From assembly GCF_029360765.1 (NCBI RefSeq), contig NZ_JARKNA010000002.1:275334-307333 (forward strand): a stretch of DNA of 32,000 nt, given 5' to 3'. Positions 16,993-23,486 of the stretch are shown here, piece by piece. The DNA comes from Terrimonas pollutisoli (GTDB taxonomy: Bacteria > Bacteroidota > Bacteroidia > Chitinophagales > Chitinophagaceae). How positions within the stretch are numbered: the stretch's first letter is position 1; every line of letters begins with the position of its first letter. The position numbers and the translations under genes are program-made. The notes under the pieces are model-generated. The model was not told the origin of the DNA and did not search any database. It saw nothing but the letters and a program-made list of their open reading frames with translations.

Positions 16993-17418
16993 ATGCGTTT
17001 CTTTCTGACTCTTATATTGTTCTTTACAAGTTTGATTCTTGTTGCACAGGCTGATAGCGTTGGCTTAAAAGAAGCGATGCGAACCCTGGATAAAGCATTA
17101 ATGGAAAAGGATAGTGTTGCTTTATCGAAACTGTTGCACAATAAAGTAAGCTTTGGTCATTCGAATGGTTGGGTACAAATGGGGAAGGAGGTGTGGAATG
17201 ACTTGGTAAGCGGCAAGCTGGTGTATAAGAGGATTGACAATGGCTATACAACAATTGCAGCGATCGATAAAAAATGGGCAACTGTGAGAATGAATATTGC
17301 GGCTGAAGGAAAATTGAATGATAAAGTTTTTGCGATGAACCTGCACGTATTACAGGTTTGGATGAAAACAAAAAAAGGCTGGCAGTTGGTGGCGAGACAA
17401 AGTGCAAAGATTAATTAA
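16993..17418 (+). CDS. Secreted NTF2/SnoaL-like (DUF4440-type) protein
   Basis: It has a signal peptide, MRFFLTLILFFTSLILVAQA. Its ~120-aa size and the pattern LDKA....D...L..LL......GHSNG........W, ending with WQLVARQS, are typical of the SnoaL-like fold. Its start codon abuts the previous stop. Confidence 0.55.
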   Translation: MRFFLTLILFFTSLILVAQADSVGLKEAMRTLDKALMEKDSVALSKLLHNKVSFGHSNGWVQMGKEVWNDLVSGKLVYKRIDNGYTTIAAIDKKWATVRMNIAAEGKLNDKVFAMNLHVLQVWMKTKKGWQLVARQSAKIN

Positions 17419-17427
17419 AAAGCCAGG

Positions 17428-17462
17428 CTCGAAGTTCAAAGCTCGAAGCTGGTAGCTTAGAA
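17428..17462 (+). repeat. Tandem heptamer array upstream of nuoF
   Basis: The array is GCTCGAA GTTCAAA GCTCGAA GCTGGTA GCTTAGA, five 7-mers in phase. It contains the AAGCT-GGT-AGCTT mini-hairpin (17446-17458), 6 nt before the ATG. Confidence 0.7.
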
Positions 17463-17464
17463 AT

Positions 17465-18820
17465 ATGGGAAGAAAATTATTATTAGAAAAAGCTCACGTT
17501 GAAAACATCAGGTATTATGATGTATATCGTCGTGAAGGTGGTTATAGAAGTGTGGAAAAGGCGCTGAAGATGGCGCCTAATGATATTACCGAAGAGGTAA
17601 AAAGGAGTGGGTTAAGAGGACGTGGTGGCGCTGGTTTCCCTACGGGAATGAAATGGAGCTTTTTGGCCAAACCCGAAGGTGTGCCCCGCTACCTGGTTGT
17701 AAATGCTGATGAGTCAGAGCCGGGAACGTTCAAGGATCGTTACCTGATGGAGTTCATTCCCCACCTGCTAATTGAAGGAATGATCGTTTCTTCTTTTGCA
17801 TTAGGCTCTAATCGTTCTTATATCTACATCCGTGGGGAATATGCCTGGATTGTTGATATTCTCGAACAAGCGATAACAGAAGCAAAAAATAATGGGTGGT
17901 TAGGAAAAAATATACAAGGCAGTGGCTTTGATTGCGAGATCTATGTGCAACGTGGTGCGGGTGCCTACATCTGTGGTGAGGAAACAGCTTTGTTGGAATC
18001 CCTGGAAGGCAAGAGAGGTAATCCAAGGATAAAACCTCCATTCCCTGCCGTAAAAGGTCTATGGGATTGCCCTACGGTGGTGAACAATGTTGAAACCATT
18101 GCGGCTGTTGTTCCCATTATCAATGAAGGAGCTGACGAGTATGCAAAGATTGGAGTGGGTAAATCAACAGGTACAAAACTTATTTCAGCCTGTGGTAATA
18201 TTAATAAGCCGGGTGTTTATGAAATCGATATGACCATTTCTGTCGAAGAATTTATTTTCAGCGAAGAATGGTGTGGCGGTATCAAAAATGGTAAAAGACT
18301 GAAAGCTTGTATTCCGGGTGGATCATCTGTTCCCATTTTGCCGGCCAATCTTTTATTGAAAACCGCCAGGGGTGATACCCGCATGATGAATTACGAGAGC
18401 CTGAGTGATGGCGGGTTTGCGACGGGTACTATGATGGGATCAGGTGGATTTATCGTGCTGGATGAAGACCAGTGTGTGGTGAAACACACGTATACATTGG
18501 CCAGGTTCTACCGTCATGAAAGTTGTGGTCAGTGTTCTCCATGCCGTGAAGGAACAGGCTGGATGGAAAAATTATTATTGCGTTTGGATAAAGGACAGGG
18601 CAAACTGAGTGATATTGACCTGCTTTGGGATATACAGCGAAAGATTGAGGGAAATACGATTTGTCCTTTGGGAGATGCAGCTGCATGGCCTGTAGCCGCA
18701 GCTATCCGTCATTTCAGGGACGAGTTTGAATGGCATGTGCTGAATCCTGATGAGTGTACTAAAAGGAATTATGGTTTGGCGCATTATGCGGAGCCTTTGC
18801 AGATGGCAACACCTGCGTAA
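17465..18820 (+). CDS. nuoF: NADH-quinone oxidoreductase subunit F (FMN, 4Fe-4S)
   Basis: Motifs are GLRGRGGAGFPTGMKW, GAGAYICGEETALLESLEG and ESCGQCSPCREG. Confidence 0.95.
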   Translation: MGRKLLLEKAHVENIRYYDVYRREGGYRSVEKALKMAPNDITEEVKRSGLRGRGGAGFPTGMKWSFLAKPEGVPRYLVVNADESEPGTFKDRYLMEFIPHLLIEGMIVSSFALGSNRSYIYIRGEYAWIVDILEQAITEAKNNGWLGKNIQGSGFDCEIYVQRGAGAYICGEETALLESLEGKRGNPRIKPPFPAVKGLWDCPTVVNNVETIAAVVPIINEGADEYAKIGVGKSTGTKLISACGNINKPGVYEIDMTISVEEFIFSEEWCGGIKNGKRLKACIPGGSSVPILPANLLLKTARGDTRMMNYESLSDGGFATGTMMGSGGFIVLDEDQCVVKHTYTLARFYRHESCGQCSPCREGTGWMEKLLLRLDKGQGKLSDIDLLWDIQRKIEGNTICPLGDAAAWPVAAAIRHFRDEFEWHVLNPDECTKRNYGLAHYAEPLQMATPA

Positions 18821-18821
18821 A

Positions 18822-18857
18822 TTTCACGCAAAGGCGCAAAGAAATTAAGACGCAAAG
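18822..18857 (+). repeat. Left inverted-repeat arm of the GxxExxY cassette (four 8-mers)
   Basis: TTTC, then ACGCAAAG GCGCAAAG AAATTAAG ACGCAAAG. The arm ends 3 nt before the ORF ATG. Confidence 0.8.
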
Positions 18858-18860
18858 AAT

Positions 18861-19238
18861 ATGACCGAAAACGATATATCGAGAATGGTTGTTGATTTGT
18901 GTTTTAGAATTCATAAACAATATGGCCCAGGATTGTTTGAGAGTGTTTACGAAGAAATATTTTGCTATGAATGGGCAAAGAATGGGATACCGTTTAAAAG
19001 ACAACATGGCGTTCCGTTAGTTCACGAAGAAATAAGAATGGAAATAGGATTCAGGGCCGACGTAATAGTTGATGATAAGGTAATTATAGAATTAAAGTCT
19101 GTTGAAACACTTGCGGAAATTCATTATAAGCAGATGCAGACATATTTAAAATTGACGCATATTAAATTAGGATTACTGATAAATTTTAATGTGCCTTTAA
19201 TAAAAAATGGGATTCATAGAATAGTCAATAACTTATAA
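18861..19238 (+). CDS. GxxExxY family protein (PD-(D/E)XK nuclease-like motif)
   Basis: GPGLFESVY matches GxxExxY, and RADVIVDDKVIIELK provides a D...ExK arrangement. At 125 aa it is typical of the family NCBI labels GxxExxY protein. Confidence 0.85.
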   Translation: MTENDISRMVVDLCFRIHKQYGPGLFESVYEEIFCYEWAKNGIPFKRQHGVPLVHEEIRMEIGFRADVIVDDKVIIELKSVETLAEIHYKQMQTYLKLTHIKLGLLINFNVPLIKNGIHRIVNNL

Positions 19239-19239
19239 A

Positions 19240-19275
19240 CTTTGCGCCTTGGCTCCTTTGCAGCTTTGCGTGAAA
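19240..19275 (+). repeat. Right inverted-repeat arm of the GxxExxY cassette
   Basis: CTTTGCGC CTTGGCTC CTTTGCAG CTTTGCGT, then GAAA. It starts 1 nt after the ORF stop. CTTTGCGTGAAA (19264-19275) is the exact reverse complement of TTTCACGCAAAG (18822-18833). Confidence 0.8.
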
Positions 19276-19283
19276 CCAAAAAT

Positions 19284-20393
19284 ATGGCTGAAGAAAAAAA
19301 ATTATTTAAAGTAACCATTGACAATATCTCCATCGATGTGGAGCCGGGAACAACTATTCTGATGGCTGCACGAAAAATTGGTGGTGATGTTACGCCACCG
19401 GCAATGTGTTTCTATAGCAAGCTGAAGGGCAGTGGTGGTAAATGCCGCACCTGTTTGGTAGAAGTAGCGGCAGGTTCTGCTGCCGATCCAAGGCCAATGC
19501 CAAAGCTGGTAGCAAGTTGCCGTACTACGGTGATGGACGGAATGATTGTAAAGAATATTACAAGTGACAGAGTAATGGATGCAAGGGCCGGTGTGGTGGA
19601 ATTCCTCTTACTAAATCATCCACTCGATTGCCCTATTTGCGACCAGGCTGGTGAATGTCACTTGCAGGACCTCAGTTACGAGCATGGTAAAGAGGGTACC
19701 CGGTATGAGTTTTCAAGAAGAACATTTGAGAAAGAAGATATTGGTCCCTACATACAACTGCACATGACAAGGTGCATTCTTTGTTATCGTTGTACCTATG
19801 TCGCCGATCAGTTGACCAACAGCCGTGTACATGGTGTGCTGGATCGGGGCGATCATGCTGAGATATCAACCTATATTTCCAAAGCTATCGATAATGACTT
19901 CAGCGGAAATATGATTGACGTATGCCCTGTCGGTGCATTAACCGATAGAACCTTCCGGTTCAAAAACCGGGTTTGGTTCACCAAGCCGGTTGATGCCCAT
20001 CGTGATTGTCCAACCTGTAACGGCAAAGTAACACTTTGGAATCGTGGTGATGAAGTGTTGAGGGTAACTGCCAGGAAAGATGAATGGGGTGAAGTGCAAA
20101 GCTATGATGGCAAACCAGGCTGGATATGCAATGACTGCCGCTTCGATAAAAAGAAATTGAGTGATTGGGTAATTGAAGGGCCAACCAAAGTCAATCGTCA
20201 CTCGGTTATTTCAGCCAATCATTATGTCGGAGCCAGAAAGCCGCAGGAAACTGTTGCTGAAGTAATGGGCGGAAGACAACCGAAATTGTTGATGGATATT
20301 CATGCCATCAGTGATGTAAATGATCCGACTGTTGACCTAAGTGAAATAAACGGGCCAGCTACAGGTGCAACATTTAATAATAAGAAACAATAA
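19284..20393 (+). CDS. nuoG: NADH-quinone oxidoreductase subunit G, short form (2Fe-2S plus 4Fe-4S domains, no molybdopterin-like domain)
   Basis: Motifs are CRTCLVEV, HPLDCPICDQAGECHLQD, CILCYRCTYV and CPVGALT. I prefer the ATG at 19284 because the longer ORF start at 19242 lies in the repeat arm. Confidence 0.85.
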   Translation: MAEEKKLFKVTIDNISIDVEPGTTILMAARKIGGDVTPPAMCFYSKLKGSGGKCRTCLVEVAAGSAADPRPMPKLVASCRTTVMDGMIVKNITSDRVMDARAGVVEFLLLNHPLDCPICDQAGECHLQDLSYEHGKEGTRYEFSRRTFEKEDIGPYIQLHMTRCILCYRCTYVADQLTNSRVHGVLDRGDHAEISTYISKAIDNDFSGNMIDVCPVGALTDRTFRFKNRVWFTKPVDAHRDCPTCNGKVTLWNRGDEVLRVTARKDEWGEVQSYDGKPGWICNDCRFDKKKLSDWVIEGPTKVNRHSVISANHYVGARKPQETVAEVMGGRQPKLLMDIHAISDVNDPTVDLSEINGPATGATFNNKKQ

Positions 20394-20398
20394 TAGCC

Positions 20399-21457
20399 AT
20401 GTATCTTCTAGCAGTTGATTGGTTTTTTATTTTAGAAAAATTTGTGTTGATAGCGGTGATTGTTTCCCTCTCGATGGTGGTGGCGATGTATGCTACCTAC
20501 GCTGAACGAAAAGTAGCCGCCTTTCTGCAGGATCGTATTGGTCCCAACCGTGCGGGTATTTTTGGATTGCTGCAACCTCTGGCGGATGGGGGCAAGCTAT
20601 TTTTTAAAGAAGAGATCATACCTCTTCTGTCTTCGAAGTTCCTTTTCATACTGGGACCAGCTTTGGCGATGATAACCGCATTGCTAACAAGTGCCGTAGT
20701 TCCCTGGGGACCATCTTTCTCCATCGGTGAAAGGCAGATTAATTTACAGATAGCGGACATTAATATCGGCATCCTGTATGTATTTGGAGTAGTCAGCCTT
20801 GGCGTATACGGTATCATGATCGGCGGATGGGCATCGAATAATAAGTTTTCATTATTGGCAGCTATACGGGGAGCTTCCCAAATGGTATCTTATGAATTAC
20901 CAATGGGTCTTGCCCTTATTGCTTTGCTTATGCTGGTAGGCGATCTTCGCATGAGTGCCATTGTGCAGAACCAATTAGGCAACGGATTTTTTAACTGGCA
21001 TATCTGGTATCAGCCATTGGGCTTTCTCATCTTTTTTGTGTGTGCCCTGGCCGAGTGTAACCGTACACCATTTGACTTACCGGAAGCAGAAAATGAATTG
21101 AACTTCGGTTATCACCAGGAGTACTCATCCATGAAGCTGGGTTTCTATCTTTTTGCTGAATACATCAATATGTTTATCAGTGGGGTGATCATGTCAACAC
21201 TGTATTTTGGTGGGTATGATATACCTTTTGTAAATGAAGCAACCTGGGGACTGGCTCCATGGTTACTATCACTGATTGGTTTTTCTGTGTTAATGTTCAA
21301 GGCATCGCTGTTTATATTCCTGTTTATGTGGATCCGCTGGACCATTCCGCGTTTCCGTTTTGATCAGTTGATGAAGTTGGGCTGGCGGACATTGATACCA
21401 TTAGCATTGGTGAATATGATATTGACTGCCGCGGTGGTGTTGTGGTTGAAGAAATAA
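20399..21457 (+). CDS. nuoH: NADH-quinone oxidoreductase subunit H
   Basis: It is a polytopic membrane protein with YAERKVAAFLQDRIGPNR and ECNRTPFDLPEAE. Confidence 0.93.
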   Translation: MYLLAVDWFFILEKFVLIAVIVSLSMVVAMYATYAERKVAAFLQDRIGPNRAGIFGLLQPLADGGKLFFKEEIIPLLSSKFLFILGPALAMITALLTSAVVPWGPSFSIGERQINLQIADINIGILYVFGVVSLGVYGIMIGGWASNNKFSLLAAIRGASQMVSYELPMGLALIALLMLVGDLRMSAIVQNQLGNGFFNWHIWYQPLGFLIFFVCALAECNRTPFDLPEAENELNFGYHQEYSSMKLGFYLFAEYINMFISGVIMSTLYFGGYDIPFVNEATWGLAPWLLSLIGFSVLMFKASLFIFLFMWIRWTIPRFRFDQLMKLGWRTLIPLALVNMILTAAVVLWLKK

Positions 21458-21689
21458 AGCCCATCCCGACCTTCCCGAAGGGAAGGCCATCCAAACACAG
21501 CCCTCGCTTTTCGGAGAATCGGTAATTAGTGAGAGTCTTCGAAAGTGTTGAATAGAGAGATAAAGATGATGTGGTAGTGATATAGATGATTAAAGATATA
21601 CAGCACCGCCTCCTCTCTTTTGGAGAGGAGGAAGGGAGGTGAGGCCTTATATTTGCGAAAAATTAAAATCTCCTGTTGGGAGTTGAGAT
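21458..21689. repeat. Composite ~190-bp structured repeat, copy 2 (partner 4427-4638, opposite orientation), filling the nuoH-nuoI spacer
   Basis: Terminal hairpins are CCTTCCC-GAA-GGGAAGG (21470-21486) and CCTCCTCTC-TTTTG-GAGAGGAGG (21609-21631), the latter followed by AAGGGAGGTGAGG. The interior is the reverse complement of the 4477-4600 core. Confidence 0.8.
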
Positions 21690-22232
21690 ATGCAATTAAC
21701 ACAAAGAGCAAAACAAGTGGATCGCAAGCCGATGACCTGGCTGGAGAAGATCTACCTGTGGAATATTGCGAAAGGAATGTGGATCACGTTAACGCATTTG
21801 TTTAAAAGAAAAGCAACGATACAGTATCCCGAGCAGAAAAGAACTTTTTCAAAAGTGTTTCGTGGGCTTCAAATTTTGAACCGCGACGAAGAGGGCCGTG
21901 AACGCTGTACCGCTTGCGGTCTTTGTGCTTTGGCCTGTCCTGCGGAAGCTATAACCATGGAAGCGGCAGAACGTCAGCCCGGAGAAGAGCACCTGTACAG
22001 GGAAGAAAAATATGCGGCGAAGTATGAGATCAACATGCTGCGTTGCATTTTCTGCGGCTATTGCGAAGAAGCCTGTCCGAAGGACGCAATTTATTTGTCG
22101 CAGACGTTTGCTCCGGCGAATTATGGAAGACAGGGGTTTATCTATAAAAAAGAAGACCTGTTGATCCCTAATCCAAAGGAAAACCCGGAAGCCTATAAAA
22201 AAGCGTTAGGGGATAGGGCGCCGAGGGTATAA
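21690..22232 (+). CDS. nuoI: NADH-quinone oxidoreductase subunit I (2x 4Fe-4S ferredoxin)
   Basis: It has CTACGLCALACP and CIFCGYCEEACP. Confidence 0.9.
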   Translation: MQLTQRAKQVDRKPMTWLEKIYLWNIAKGMWITLTHLFKRKATIQYPEQKRTFSKVFRGLQILNRDEEGRERCTACGLCALACPAEAITMEAAERQPGEEHLYREEKYAAKYEINMLRCIFCGYCEEACPKDAIYLSQTFAPANYGRQGFIYKKEDLLIPNPKENPEAYKKALGDRAPRV

Positions 22233-22235
22233 AAA

Positions 22236-22276
22236 GTTCAAAGTTTAATAGTTTAAAGTTTAAGGTTAGTTCAGAT
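22236..22276 (+). repeat. Tandem 7/8-mer array downstream of nuoI
   Basis: GTTCAAA GTTTAAT(A) GTTTAAA GTTTAAG GTTAGTT CAGAT. The same GTTCAAA unit occurs at 17435-17441. Confidence 0.65.
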
Positions 22277-22341
22277 AAATAATTAATTAAAAAAAGCATC
22301 CAGGGTTTGCATCCGCTACAGCGGAGAAAAGCTATTAGCTT

Positions 22342-22842
22342 ATGGGAATTACACAAATATTGTTTTGGTTACTTTCAGTGATGGCTTTGTTTGGGGCCCT
22401 GATGGTGGTAGTTAGCAAAAATCCCGTTTACAGTGTGTTGTGGCTCATCGTTACCTTCTTTGCCATTTCCGGTCATTATATTTTATTGAATGCGCAGTTT
22501 CTCGCAATTGTAAACGTCATCGTGTATGCAGGTGCGATCATGGTCTTGTTCCTGTTTGTGATCATGCTGATGAACCTGAATAAAGAAACAGAACCACAAA
22601 AAAATCGCTGGTTAAAAATTGCCGGGGCCTTAGCGGGTGGATGTTTATTATTGACGCTTGTTGCAGCCTTAAGGGGCAGCGAGCTGAAAGACGGAATAGC
22701 TGAGGTGAAAGTTGGTAATATCGGCTTGATCAAAAACCTGGGAAATGAGTTGTTCACTACTTATGTAGTACCGTTTGAGATCAGCAGTATTTTGTTTTTA
22801 AGTGCCATGGTAGGTGCGGTAGTGATAGGGAAAAAAGATTAG
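22342..22842 (+). CDS. nuoJ: NADH-quinone oxidoreductase subunit J
   Basis: It is a five-TM protein with VVSKNPVYSVLWLI and YAGAIMVLFLFVIML motifs, positioned between nuoI and nuoK. Confidence 0.88.
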   Translation: MGITQILFWLLSVMALFGALMVVVSKNPVYSVLWLIVTFFAISGHYILLNAQFLAIVNVIVYAGAIMVLFLFVIMLMNLNKETEPQKNRWLKIAGALAGGCLLLTLVAALRGSELKDGIAEVKVGNIGLIKNLGNELFTTYVVPFEISSILFLSAMVGAVVIGKKD

Positions 22843-23078
22843 CCCCTTGTCCCCCTGAAGGGGAGACTTAGGGCGGGCATTCTTTTTAATGTTGGAAATG
22901 TTCTTTTAAATGATAGTTGAATGATGTTGCAAACTTCAGTTCCCTGATTGGGCTTTTGTTGCGTCGCACACTTCAACGTTTAGTTCTTTAATCAATATTA
23001 AAAAACAATAGTTCACTCACGTCCTTAGGACTGTGGGTGGCAAGTCCCCTCCTTGGAAGGGGATTTAGGGGAGGCCGT
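22843..23078 (+). repeat. Bipartite structured spacer nuoJ-nuoK (hairpin/G-tail family, two copies)
   Basis: The left copy is CCCCTTGT, then TCCCC-CTGAA-GGGGA (22850-22864), then GACTTAGGGCGGGC and ATTCTTTTT. The right copy is TCCCCTCC..GGAAGGGGA (23045-23063) followed by TTTAGGGGAGG-CCGT-ATG of nuoK. Confidence 0.75.
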
Positions 23079-23411
23079 ATGCCAATAAATTATTACATAT
23101 TTCTGTCCATTGCTTTATTCTGCATCGGTATTGTGGGAGTGCTCACACGCCGCAATGCGATCATCATCTTTATGTGTATAGAGCTGATGTTGAATGCCGT
23201 GAACTTATTGTTGGTCGCATTTTCAAAAATGCACCACCTGAATGCAGCTGCTACTGGCAATGCAGCAGCCGGTACCGACGGGCAGTTGTTTGTATTCTTC
23301 ATTATGGTAGTTGCAGCAGCCGAGGTGAGTGTAGGATTGGCCATTATCGTAATGATGTACCGCAATATTCATTCGGTAGATGTAAACTTTTTGAACAGGT
23401 TAAAACATTAA
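23079..23411 (+). CDS. nuoK: NADH-quinone oxidoreductase subunit K
   Basis: It is a ~110-aa three-TM protein with [11 protein letters not shown] and [12 protein letters not shown] prefer the ATG at 23079 because the GTG at 23037 is inside the repeat. Confidence 0.9.
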   Translation: MPINYYIFLSIALFCIGIVGVLTRRNAIIIFMCIELMLNAVNLLLVAFSKMHHLNAAATGNAAAGTDGQLFVFFIMVVAAAEVSVGLAIIVMMYRNIHSVDVNFLNRLKH

Positions 23412-23413
23412 AT

Positions 23414-23478
23414 AAGTACGAACTACGAACTACGAAGTACAGCGATCGTACCTCGTACTTCTCACTTCTTACTTCGTA
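23414..23478 (+). repeat. Long imperfect hairpin built from heptamer repeats (nuoK-nuoL spacer)
   Basis: The left arm is TACGAAC TACGAAC TACGAAG TAC (23417-23440) and the loop is AGCGATC. The right arm is GTACCTCG TACTTCT CACTTCT TACTTCG TA (23448-23478). I count 21 of 27 positions paired. It is followed by ATTGGGTT-ATG of nuoL. Confidence 0.75.
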
Positions 23479-23486
23479 ATTGGGTT

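Noticed and set aside
19284-20393. NuoG is only ~369 aa and lacks the large molybdopterin-like C-terminal domain.
   Set aside because: As far as I recall, short NuoG forms are the norm in Bacteroidota nuo operons. All Fe-S motifs are intact and there is no frameshift or truncation signature.
23037-23078. The ORF track gives N-terminal extensions with TTG/GTG or upstream ATG starts at 23037, 15589, 19242, 12835, 16068, 30749, 4453, 991 and 2229.
   Set aside because: The extensions are translated from repeat hairpins or the neighbouring gene's end and give non-homologous residues. Internal ATGs yield canonical N-termini or signal peptides.
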